In this document: piece by piece, positions 44,321-59,145 of the stretch
Numbering within the stretch: the first letter of the stretch is position 1
How the letters are laid out: every line of letters begins with the position of its first letter
Assembly (NCBI GenBank): GCA_009914755.4
Contig: CP068257.2
Location: 42,400,001-42,464,000 of the forward strand
Direction: 5' to 3'
Origin: the human T2T-CHM13v2.0 reference genome, Homo sapiens
Length of the DNA: 64,000 nt
Notes under the pieces: generated by a model
The model's database searches: none
What the model was told of the DNA's origin: nothing
Seen by the model: only the letters and a program-made list of their open reading frames with translations
Position numbers and translations under genes: made by a program

Positions 44321-44888
44321 TGGTGGCACCTGTGCTATGTGCCGTGTTATCCCGCTCTTCCCTGGCGCTGGTGGCACCTGTGCTGTGTGCCGTGTTATCC
44401 CACTCTTCCCTGGCGCTGGCGGCACCTGTGCTGTGTGCCATGTTATCCCACTCTTCCCTGACACTGGCGGCACCTGTGCTATGTGCCGTGTTATCCTCTC
44501 TTCCCTGGCGCTGGCGGCACCTGTGCTGTGTGCCGTGTTATCCCACTCTTCTCTGGCGCTGGCGGCACCTGTGCTGTGTGCCGTGTTATCCTCTTTTCCC
44601 TGGCACTGGCGGCACCTGTGCTGTGTGCCGTGTTACCCCGCTCTTCCCTGGCGCTGGTGGCACCTGTGCTATGTGCCGTGTTATCCTCTCTTCCCTGGCG
44701 CTGGTGGCACCTGTGCTATGTGCCGTGTTATCCTCTCTTCCCTGGCGCTGGTGGCACCTGTGCTGTGTGCTGTGTTATCCTCTCTTCCCTGGCGCTGGTG
44801 GCACCTGTGCTATGTGCCGTGTTATCCTCTCTTCCCTGGCACTGGCGGCACGCACGCTGTGTGCTGGGGTATTCACCTCTTCCCTGTG
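44321..44888. repeat. Minisatellite, 48-bp unit, about 12 tandem copies. Consensus TGGTGGCACCTGTGCTATGTGCCGTGTTATCC(C/T)(G/C/A)CTCTTCCCTGGCGC.
   Basis: Unit starts at 44321, 44369, 44417 and onward with an exact 48-bp period. The repeat shows up as the repetitive track ORFs 43989..44903 and 44323..44967. Confidence 0.92.
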
Positions 44889-45446
44889 GGGAATAAGGCT
44901 TGAGACTTGCTTCCTTCCTGCCCTTAAGGGATGTAATAGCTTTGTCCTCACTGTGCCCCTAAACTGATTTGGTTTTCAGTTACATATTCAGCCTCACATG
45001 GATTAAATGCTTAGATAATTCATTAACTATGGAGTAGTTACTGATTGGCTAATGTCATCTGGAAATACATGACTGAAAGCACTTTGTCAAAACCCTGTGC
45101 ACATTGCAACATGCATGGCTCCGCGGCCCTGCGTGTATGGGAGCAGCAGGTGGGTCTGCTGCTTAGAGGACGGCTGTGCTCTTCCGCCGTTGAGGTGACT
45201 CTGGTGATGTGTGCATGTCTTGCCAGTTCTGCGTTCGTTTCTCTTGTCTGTATGCATAGCTTCCTGTTTCTCGTTGGTTTGTGTATGTGTTGGGTAAGGC
45301 TTTGCTTCCTGGATAATGAGTGGTTGAAGCCATAATAAAATGTCTAGGGCGTGGGCGGGCACTGCAGGTGAGTCTGGGCAGCAGTGGTGGTGGCTGTGCT
45401 GTCCGTCGGCGAGTGGTCTGAGAGTGTCTTTGTGCTTCCTCCTCAG

Positions 45447-45547
45447 GTGTCGATTGACTGCCCGTGGTCCATCTACTCCACAGTCATCGCACTGACCTTC
45501 AGCGTACCCTTCAGGACCACACACAGCCTCCTGTCCTCAGGAACACG
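45447..45547 (+). CDS. TRAPPC10: TRAPPC10 exon (101 nt). Peptide VSIDCPWSIYSTVIALTFSVPFRTTHSLLSSGT(R).
   Basis: Acceptor gcttcctcctcag| and donor CG|gtaacg at 45548. Confidence 0.86.
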
Positions 45548-46525
45548 GTAACGGAGGCGTAGCGTGCGGGCCCTGGCTTCTTTCCCCAGACTCTTCTAAG
45601 TGGAGGTTCCTAATGTTCAAAACTGGCCTTCGTGGTGACCAAGGATGTCTTCTTATGTGACCACAAGGCCATTGTTTGTGTCTTAAAATCCACAATTCCC
45701 TGGTGTCCTGTGACATCCAGTTCATATTCAGGTTTTCCCAACTGTCTGAAAATGACCTTTTATGGTTGCTTTGTGTGACTTGGGGTCCAAAATCTCCATC
45801 AGACCACTAGATCTCTGTTCATCCTTTCTTCCCTGTTTTCAAGCCATCGACTTGTTCACTTGCAGGCCAGGTTTCCTCTGGACGCCCGCCTTTCTGGATC
45901 TGGCTGGATTTGTTAACTAGTTCTCCTGTCCCTGTATTTCTTGTCAATTGCCTGCAACCTCTAGAACAGGAGCTTTTAAGCTCAGCATTAGTGACATTTT
46001 GGGCTAGATAACTCTGTTGTAGGGGCTTTCCTGTGTGCTGTAGGGTGTTGAGCAGCACCCCAGGCTCTCCCATGAGATGCCAGTAGCACTCCCCACCTGC
46101 AGGTGTGGCAGCCACAGATGTCTGTAGACACTGCCCAGTGTCCTCTGGGTGGGGCGGACGTGCCCCAGTGGAAAACAGCTGCCCTAAAGGCTTGAGTAGA
46201 CTCCAGTTCTGCTTTGAGGCAGGCGGGGCTGTGTGCTTCCTGTTGACTGCACCGGGAGGCCCACGGTGTCCAGGTGTCCTACCTTAGTGACGGTGCTAGC
46301 GTTGATCAATGGGCTCGGGATGCTAGCCTGGCCTCTCACCACAACTTTTTATCCATTGATGATGTGTGGATAATTTGGAAACAAAAACGTCAGACCCATG
46401 TTTAGAATGGAACATTATACTAGCAGCTTTTTTCCCCTTCAAATCACAGCAAAGGGAACTGTAGATATTAATAGTTAAAAACATCAATAATCTCTAAAAG
46501 AACCTTATTAAAAAATTATTTTTCA

Positions 46526-46817
<292 letters not shown>

Positions 46818-47036
46818 CTATTATTAATATTTTCAAAGTTTTGCATGTAATGGAAATGGATATAAGCCCCGCCTATCATCTCTCAATGGAGAGTCTTCAC
46901 CTGTAATGAGGAGGGCTGCTGCTGTCTCCCCGTGGCTCCCCAAAGGCCAGTGAGGGTGACCAGCCATGATCACTTAATAAGGCTGGTCAGAAACTATATT
47001 CTTTCTTCCATTGCCTCACAGAACTTGCCTCTTTAA

Positions 47037-47350
<314 letters not shown>

Positions 47351-47536
47351 CAAAAAGGTTTATTTTCTGGCACTTTTCGGTGTGAAATCTGAAGGGAAAC
47401 TTATGCAACAACTTAGCTTACTTTGCTTTGTTGCTTTTTTGATTCCCCAGGCAGAGAGGGTCTCCTTAACAAAGCTAAGATATATTTAATAAAGTTCTTA
47501 CATATCAAAATAATACTTTTTGTTTTTCCACTTTAG

Positions 47537-47663
47537 GAAATATGTTCAAGTTTGTGTCCAGAATTTGTCAGAACTTGACTTTCAGCTGTCAGATAGTTAT
47601 CTTGTAGATACCGGTGATAGTACCGACCTGCAACTAGTACCACTGAACACGCAGTCCCAGCAG
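47537..47663 (+). CDS. TRAPPC10: TRAPPC10 exon (127 nt). Peptide (R)KYVQVCVQNLSELDFQLSDSYLVDTGDSTDLQLVPLNTQSQQ.
   Basis: Acceptor gtttttccactttag| and donor CAG|gtaaac at 47664. Confidence 0.88.
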
Positions 47664-48422
47664 GTAAACATTGTGTAGACCTGAGCATAAACTTCTCAAC
47701 AGAGAACCAGAGTGTACGGAAATGATGTAGTATGTGTTGCGACTGAGCCTTTAGATAGAACAGCTGCACTGCTGATGAGTAAAGGCTCCTGTGCAGCTCC
47801 TCCGGCTGCCCTGAGGCTGGATCGAGGCTTGCTCCTGAGTAAGCGGGTGGCTGGATGGATGAATTCTTCTTTTTAGAAGAATTAAATCTGAAACTGGTCC
47901 CACTCTATGCGTAGACGTGTGCAGATCCAAGCTTCTGTTTGAACGCACTGTTGATTGCATGGGCACTGCTCCACTCTGCCCAGAGCCTGATGCCTGCCAG
48001 TGCCAGAGCGATGGTGCCCGACACCTTGGTGCCTTTGTAAAAGAGCCATGCTTGTGCCTGCATCTGGACCTTGCTTTTTCTGTTTATGGCTCGCTGCCTG
48101 GATGAATCTTGACCTTGCTTTTTCCGTTTATCTTTCACGTGTGTTTTTAGGCAGTAAATGCTGAGTGTTTAGAGATCAAAGGCTTTCTTAATGGATGTCT
48201 GAATCTTCAGCATTTTCAAAGGATTTTCCCCCACTAATCCTTTAGCTCTTTCAGATATCACTGGGGCTCATCACTGTGCTTTTAGGTGTGGACTTTACAT
48301 GTAATAGCGGTGTTCAGCCCCTGCATTAGGTTGTGCTGGTTCCTAAAATAATTTAAATATAAAATAATTGGCTGGATGTAAAGATTTACTTTTTATCTTA
48401 TTTTTTAAATTTTTATTTATCT

Positions 48423-48710
<288 letters not shown>

Positions 48711-48775
48711 CAAGATGTACTCTTTAATTAATTGATGATATATTCCCCTGTTTTGGAGCTGCATGGGATATGCTA

Positions 48776-49392
<617 letters not shown>

Positions 49393-49677
49393 CTACTTTT
49401 TAATGATCTCATATGATATAAAACTTATGGTATCATAAAAAGTTAAAGATTTACCAATTTTGTACAATCTTCTGCTGGGACAAGGCCAGGCAAAGGGAGT
49501 CAGGGCAGGGACAGGTGCTGTGGGGCCTAAAGCAGCATGCATAGGCGTGCTGTGAGGCGGGGCCTGCCCATGGTGTCTGCTCAGCACCCTTCGCATGGCG
49601 TGTGTTTCGCTGCAGTGTCTGTGTCCTCTTTGCGGTTATGGTGCTGTGTGAGCAGTGACCCCCAACTCTCTTTCCAG

Positions 49678-49848
49678 CCCATCTACAGCAAGCAGTCGGT
49701 GTTCTTCGTCTGGGAACTCAAGTGGACAGAAGAGCCTCCCCCTTCTCTGCATTGCCGGTTCTCTGTTGGATTTTCCCCAGCTTCTGAGGAACAGCTGTCT
49801 ATCTCCTTAAAGCCGTATACTTATGAATTTAAAGTGGAAAATTTTTTT
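49678..49848 (+). CDS. TRAPPC10: TRAPPC10 exon (171 nt, 57 codons). Peptide PIYSKQSVFFVWELKWTEEPPPSLHCRFSVGFSPASEEQLSISLKPYTYEFKVENFF.
   Basis: Acceptor aactctctttccag| and donor |gtaagt at 49849. Lies within the track ORF 49537..49890. Confidence 0.9.
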
Positions 49849-50664
49849 GTAAGTGATGTATTATTTTGGGAGGGTGGGGTGGAAAAATGAAAGATGGCAT
49901 TATGTTCTTTATAATCTGAAGAACTGAATAGACAGCTTCTGTCAACATAATGAAGGAGCAGCTGGAGAAAAACAGTTGTTGGGGTAGTTGAATCATTGAC
50001 TGTCTTTATTTTAGAACCCCAGGTCCTTCTCAAGTGACACATCTGAGATGCCCACACTCCTGGGGGCATCTCTAAGAGGAGTGTTTGTCATTTGGAAAGC
50101 CCAAAGATTCCTTTTTTCTTCTATCTTTTTCCCTTTCTCATGTTGACTTAGTAACTCCCTGGAAATATTTCTTGGAGTCATTTCATCTTCAGGGGCATTG
50201 CTTTCTAAGGCATATCTCTAGTTTTTCAAAGAAAAGCTGAAAACATATGAAAACCTGCTAGCTGAGTATTGTGAAGATTTTCTTAGAACTTGTGCATCAT
50301 TTGGTAGAAGCCAATTTGAGTGTGGAATGAAGAGTAGCCTTGAGCTAGGTGAGTAGATACAGGTGTGTGCTGTGTTCCTTTAGGGAGATGATTTGACTTA
50401 ATGTTTTGCAATTTTGTGATACTTTCTTTTCTTCTCTTTACTATTTGAAATTATCAAACAATGTTTATTTGAAGTGTTTGTCTTTATAGTTTTGATATTA
50501 GCAGTTTTTTTCTATCTTCTTCCATCCAAGACAAATTGTTTTGACCTTCATGTTTTATATAACTCTCCTTAAATAAATTTAAATGAATAAATAAAACCAC
50601 AAATTATTAAATAATTTAATTAAATCAAATAATAGTATATATTATAATAATAATTTATATATAA

Positions 50665-51482
<818 letters not shown>

Positions 51483-53282
51483 AAAGTACGGGTTTGTATG
51501 TTGCTGTATCTATTCAATTCTCCTGGTAAAGACCTGAGTGGAATTTCTGGGTCATAGGGTAACTCTGTGGTTAGCTTTTTGAGCAACTGCCAACTTTTTC
51601 CAGAGGGCTCTACATTCCCACCAGCAACATAGTGGATTCCAGCTGGGACCCAGAGAGTCCCAGCTTCTGTGTGTCCTGCCAGCACTTGTCTCACTGTGTT
51701 TTTGGTTGTGGCTGTCCCAATTGGCAGGCGTTTCCCCAGTGGCTGGTGATGTGCTGCGGCTCGTGGGCGTGTGGCCCATTTTTCTGCCTTCTTTGGAAGG
51801 ATGTCTGTTCAGATCCTTTCCCCATGTTTAAATAGGGTTATTTGTTTTTTATTATTGAATTGTAAGTTCTTTATATATCCTAGGTACCAGGTCCTTATAT
51901 ATGATTTGCAAGTATTTTCTTCCATTTGTTGTCTTTTGAAGCACCAAAGTTAAATTTTGATGAAATCCAATTCAACTCTCTCTTTTATTGCTTAAATTTT
52001 TTGCTTTGGACCTAGAAAATCATTGCCTTTGGTCAAAAAGATTTTCTCTTGCATTTCCTTCCAAGATGTTCGTAATTTGAGCACTTGCATTTAGGTCTGT
52101 GATCTACTTTGACTTAATTTCTGTGTATGGTGAGAGGTAGGGTCCAAATTTGTTCTTTTCAAATGACCCAGCAGGTGTCCCTATCCCATCTGTCATGACG
52201 ATGCTTTCCTCCCTGCAGGGTGGCCCTGGCCCCCTTGCCAGATTCCAGCTGGCCGTCAGTGCTCGCGTGTCTCTCTGAAGAGGCTCTGCGGTTCTGGTCC
52301 CTGTGCCTGAGCTCCAGGTGCCGCCAGGTGAGGCCCCTGCTGCTCGCCTTGGGCTGTGCTTTCCCCCAGCCACTCTCCTTCCCAGATGCAGCCCAGAGCA
52401 GCGTTCAGGCACACGCAGGTCTCATCACACCCCACTGTGTCCTACTGCAACTCTGGGTGTCCTTCAAGCCCTGAGGCAAATCTGCATTCTTTGCTGGATT
52501 CAGAAACATTCAGACTGTGCCCCAGCCAGAAGCTTCTGAGGAGGAGGTATTTCAGTGGGCCTCTAGCACAGTGTTCTACTGCTTCAGTTCCCAGGACCTA
52601 CGGGCACCCGGGCCCACGGCTGGCACTTTTGCATCTGTGTATTTGGGATCTTTTCTGCCCTGTGGCTTGAGAGCCCCAGGAAGTCCCAGCATGGCCCCTC
52701 TTGAGACTGGTGGGAGTTTGTCCCATGTCCGAACAGAGGTAATTGGGCATTTGGTAGGAGATCACCTAGAAAGGCCGCTCTTGGGACTGCTGTTTAGGCT
52801 GTGAACTCCCATAAAACGGCTTCATCTTGGCCTCAGACTCCAGACAAATGCTTCTTAATATACTGAAATCTCTTCTTTGAACATTTTACAATGCCAATAG
52901 AACACTTTTTAAGTCAAGCTATACTGTATTACACACGCTCGCGCGCACACACAACGCTTCCCCTCAGAAGTGGAACTGCCAGGTTGTAGTGCATGAGCCC
53001 TTTTTCATCTTGGCAGTGGCAGATGTGTTTTGATCGTTTGTCATGGGTGGTGGTAGAATGTTAAGCATGTTTGAATAGCCACCGAGAATAGGTTGATTAT
53101 GGAAAGAAAACACGGACAAAGTAGATTATGGACTGAATTGGGTTATACCAAGGAATTCCTGTTGCTTTTGCTAGTTGTAATAATAGCATTGTGTTTTGGT
53201 AAGAAAAAGGCCTTAGTGTTTAGTAATGCATACTGAAGCAGATGGGGCAAAATAACAGGTTGTCTGAAATTTGCTTTATTTT

Positions 53283-53633
<351 letters not shown>

Positions 53634-53970
53634 TGATAAGAGGATGCTGAGGCAGCAAGATGCTGAGATCTCAGGATCTGGGTGATAGGCGGCTGGAAGG
53701 GCTCTGTGCTATCCTTTCTTCCTGTGGTTGAAAATGTTCATAATTTAAAGAAGGATGTTAAGGTTCGGAGTGTAGGACTTCCGAAAACATTGCATCTCCA
53801 GTGGGAATTATTGAGAGTGAGTGGCGACAGTTGCTCTAAGGCCAGCCGAGCAGATAGGTGTCTATCCTCAGCTCTCCAGGGTCTGTGGGCAGCTCTGCTT
53901 TTTCCTCTAGTTGCATTTCTTGAGGCCACTTAGGTACATTTCCTTTCTATTCTCTCCCTTTCCTGCCCAG

Positions 53971-54148
53971 ACATTATACAACGTGAAGGCTGAGATCTTT
54001 CCCCCTTCGGGAATGGAGTATTGCAGAACAGGCTCCCTCTGCTCCCTGGAGGTTTTGATCACGAGGCTCTCAGACCTCTTGGAGGTGGATAAAGATGAAG
54101 CACTGACTGAATCTGATGAGCATTTTTCGACAAAGCTTATGTATGAAG
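53971..54148 (+). CDS. TRAPPC10: TRAPPC10 exon (178 nt). Peptide TLYNVKAEIFPPSGMEYCRTGSLCSLEVLITRLSDLLEVDKDEALTESDEHFSTKLMYE(V).
   Basis: Acceptor ccctttcctgcccag| and donor G|gtaggt at 54149. Lies within the track ORF 53911..54255. Confidence 0.9.
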
Positions 54149-54150
54149 GT

Positions 54151-54240
54151 AGGTGGTCTCGAACCCATGGGCTCAAGCAGTCCTCCCGCCTTGGCCTCCC
54201 AGAGTGTTGGGATTACAGGTGTGAGGCACTGCACTCAGCC
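54151..54240 (-). mobile_element. Alu left-arm fragment beginning 3 nt after the TRAPPC10 exon donor GTAGGT.
   Basis: GGTCTCGAACCCATGGGCTCAAGCAGTCCTCCCGCCTTGGCCTCCCAGAGTGTTGGGATTACAGGTGTGAGGCACTGCACTCAGCC. Confidence 0.8.
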
Positions 54241-55121
54241 TATCTTGCATTTTGAATGGCTCTTTTACCCAGGCATCATAGCGTTACACCCTGTGCCATT
54301 AGTCATGTGGGAAACATGGTTTCCTGAGTTGTGCAGATCTTCCAAATGTGGGCACCTTTCGTTTGACAATATTTTTTTAAAATCTGCATTTGTGATCTCT
54401 CAGGGAGGGCTTGGAGCATCAGAACTCTTTCAAGCTCACAGTGGCAAGTGTAAGTTTTCCAAAATTCTGATTTTTGCTTAAAGTCTCAGATGGCATCATT
54501 GGCAGCAAATAGTCGTGTTGTTTTCTTTGAAGTGACAGGCTTACATCATTCATTTTTAATCAGACGTCTACCAAATACCCAACACTGAATAACTAGCTTC
54601 CCCAGCGCTCTTGCAAGTGAAAAGGGCGTTCTGTGAAAACAGCGGCTATTTCAGCTCGCAGCACCGAGCGCTCCCCGTGTGCTTTCCCTGAGCCAGCTGT
54701 CATTCTGCAGCAGAGACCCAGAGAATGTCAAGAACACAAGCACTCAAGAATGGAAATAACTCAAACGTCCTTCAGCTCGAGAGCGGTTAAACTGGCACAT
54801 CTGATTCCTCCTCAGCAGTGAAACAGAAGGGACTGTTGACACACGCAGTGCTGTGGTTGGATCTCAAGGGCATTATACTAAGAGAAAAACGCCAGTCCTA
54901 TAAGGAGGTGTACTGTGTGATTCCATTTCTAAATGACATCCTCAAAATGCCAGCCTCAGAAGGAGAGCGGGTCAGTGTTCCACGGAGCAGTGGGAGGCAG
55001 CAGGAGGCCGTCCTCTGTGGTAATGGAGAGTTCTGGGCCAGGGCCGCTGTGGTTGTTACACGAATCTACACATGTGACAAATGCCATAGAATTAGACCCA
55101 AAGAATGCCTGCGAAAGCTGC

Positions 55122-55512
55122 TGAAATCCAGTGGGGTCTGCAGCCTGGTTCACTCTGTAGTGAAATCCAGTGGGGTCTGCAGCCTGGTTCTATCTGTATT
55201 GAAATCCAGTGGGGTCTGCAGCCTGGTCCACTCTGTAGTGAAATCCAGTGTGGTCTGCAGCCTGGTTCTATCTGTATTGAAATCCAGTGGGGTCTGCAGC
55301 CTGGTCCACTCTGTAGTGAAATCCAGTGGGGTCTGCAGCCTGGTTCTAGCTGTATTGAAATCCAGTGGGGTCTGCAGCCTGGTCCACTCTGTAGTGAAAT
55401 CCAGTGGGGTCTGCAGCCTGGTTCTATCTGTATTGAAATCCAGTGGGGTCTGCAGCCTGGTTCACTCTGTAGTGAAATCCAGTGGGGTCTGCAGCCTGGG
55501 TCACTGTATGGT
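55122..55512. repeat. Minisatellite, 39-bp unit GAAATCCAGTGGGGTCTGCAGCCTGGTTCACTCTGTAGT in 10 copies. Units alternate a CACTCTGTAGT variant with a CTATCTGTATT variant, which gives a 78-bp higher-order repeat in 5 copies.
   Basis: Exact 39-bp period from 55122. The repeat shows up as the repetitive track ORFs 54818..55558 (KSSGVCSLVHSVV repeats) and 55105..55656. Confidence 0.92.
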
Positions 55513-56444
55513 ACCAGTGTCAGCTTCCTGTGTTACACGAGATGGCACAGTTGGGTGAAGCTGGTGATGAAGGTATGTGACCCCTCTACTACTTTTACAA
55601 CTTCTTGTGAGTCTATAAACATTTCACAATTAAAAAAAAGTCTACTCAGGAGCTGAATTTAATAAAATGAGCACTTTTGACTGCTTTGTGAAGCGTGGCA
55701 TTTTTTTTTTTGTTTTTTTGCTGTGAGTTCATGGTAGTAAAGAACATGAGTGACATGACTGCGCAGTCTGGCCCGAGTTCATGCCATTGTGGTTGCCCCA
55801 GCAGCGCGAGGTCAGCAGCGTAGAAAGGCAGCAGTGTGAAAGCTATGAGCTTGCGGGTGCCCTGAGAGCCACACTCTGAGAACTGTCACTCCTTTGCCTT
55901 CCTCCTGACACTCCTAGGGCCTCTGCATGTCCTGTAGTAGCTCCTGTCCTCAAAGGTCCCCCATCCCCAACTACAGGATGTCCACCTCCCTGAGCCCTTC
56001 TCTGCTGCTCGTGGCCTTCTGGTCACTCACTCCCCCTGGGCGGTTGCTCGGTATCCTCATGATGGGAAGCTGTGACCTCTTTACCAGGTCTACTGCTACT
56101 GGATGGCAAGGATCCTGTCTTGCTTACTTTCATATCTCCAGGGCTAGTCCCAGTGAATGATCACTTAAGTGTTTGAATTGCATTGAATTACATGATGGTT
56201 GTGTTTTAATAATTAATGTTAATAATAACACCTGCCATATATTAAGACACTACCATGTCCCAGGAGTGGTACTAAGTGCTTTACATACAAGGGGTCTTCA
56301 AAAAAATCATGGAAGATACGTTATGAAAAAACTATGCATGGATTTCAACACTTTTTGCACCAAAATAAGCTCCTACTCACTGAGCAGGATCTAGTTTGAG
56401 GCACTAAGAAGGATAAGACATCAGTTTTAAAAGAGCCCCTATCA

Positions 56445-57890
<1,446 letters not shown>

Positions 57891-58391
57891 TATTCTCTTT
57901 CCATCCTTAAAAAGCAGCTCTGTGAGGCTGGTGGTGGTCTCAGCACTATACAGCGGTCATTGAGCCTGGAGGCCTTGGGGTGCTCTTCTGAGTGGCAGAG
58001 TTGGCTTCAGACCCAGTGGTCTTGGATACTGCCACTTACCAGACAGAACCCATTAACTGCCAAAGTCACCATACTGTGGAAGATGACACAAAAATTTGAA
58101 AACAAAATTAAATCATTTATTAACCTCACAGGAAAAATGCAGTTTTCTGTACACGTCCAGCATAATTCATTCTAATCCAGAACTAATTGAAATTGGACTC
58201 AATGAAATAGGGGTTGCCACCGTGAAAGTGCATGGCTTTATCTTCAGGCGCAGCTACAAGGCACTGGGCTCTGTGTCCGCAGTGTTTTGTCAGACAGCGT
58301 TGGGTGAGAGGATTGGGTAACGACGGCCGTGACTCTCGCCTGAGTACTGGAAGGCCCGTCCTGGATGACACATCGCTTCCTCTCGTTTCAG

Positions 58392-58586
58392 TTGTCGACA
58401 ACAGTAGCAACTGGGCAGTGTGTGGGAAAAGCTGCGGTGTCATCTCCATGCCAGTGGCTGCTCGGGCCACTCACAGGGTCCACATGGAAGTGATGCCGCT
58501 CTTCGCCGGGTATCTCCCCCTGCCCGACGTCAGGCTGTTCAAGTACCTCCCCCATCATTCTGCACACTCCTCCCAACTGGACGCTG
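58392..58586 (+). CDS. TRAPPC10: TRAPPC10 penultimate exon (195 nt). Peptide (V)VDNSSNWAVCGKSCGVISMPVAARATHRVHMEVMPLFAGYLPLPDVRLFKYLPHHSAHSSQLDA(D).
   Basis: Acceptor cttcctctcgtttcag| and donor G|gtaagg at 58587. Lies within the track ORF 58232..58654. Confidence 0.9.
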
Positions 58587-58906
58587 GTAAGGACTTTGGA
58601 AGAAAAAGTTTACCTTCAGTATTTGAGCAGGTGAGCACTTTGTGCGAGAGGTGATAAACTTATGACTGAGCAGGTTGGAGAACTAGCGGCGTGTTTTCAG
58701 TGCCGGTAGAAACTGGTACTAGAAGCCTCATCCGCTGTTAGAATCTTAGGCACCTGCTCTGAAAGCCAAGCCTCTGTGCACAGAGTGCTCTGTAAAGGGG
58801 CAGCCTCGGGTGGCATTCTGCACGTTCAGCCTGGCTCCGTGTGGCTTTGCCCGTCCCCAGGTGAGTGTCGGCGCAGCTTGGGTCTAACTTCCTGTGTGTT
58901 TTGCAG

Positions 58907-59145
58907 ACAGCTGGATAGAAAACGACAGCCTGTCAGTAGACAAGCACGGGGACGACCAGCCGGACAGCAGCAGCCTCAAGAGCAGGGGCAGCGTGCATTC
59001 GGCCTGCAGCAGCGAGCACAAAGGCCTACCCATGCCCCGGCTGCAGGCACTGCCGGCCGGCCAGGTCTTCAACTCCAGCTCGGGCACACAAGTCCTGGTC
59101 ATCCCCAGCCAAGATGACCACGTCCTGGAAGTCAGTGTAACATGA
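58907..59145 (+). CDS. TRAPPC10: TRAPPC10 terminal coding exon including the TGA stop at 59143-59145. Peptide (D)SWIENDSLSVDKHGDDQPDSSSLKSRGSVHSACSSEHKGLPMPRLQALPAGQVFNSSSGTQVLVIPSQDDHVLEVSVT*.
   Basis: Acceptor ctgtgtgttttgcag|. Same frame as the track ORF 58894..59145. The summed coding length across the 20 exons is 3492 nt, or 1164 codons. Confidence 0.9.

Noticed and set aside
43989-44967. Track ORFs of 304, 214 and 137 aa with striking 16-aa periodic peptides (…GAGGTCAVCRVIPLFP…).
   Set aside because: They are produced by translating the 48-bp minisatellite. There is no start context, they run through the repeat in several frames, and they lie in an intron of a + strand gene.
54818-55656. 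Track ORFs of 246 and 183 aa with KSSGVCSLVHSVV / IQWGLQPGS repeats.
   Set aside because: Translation of the 39-bp minisatellite in two frames. Not coding.
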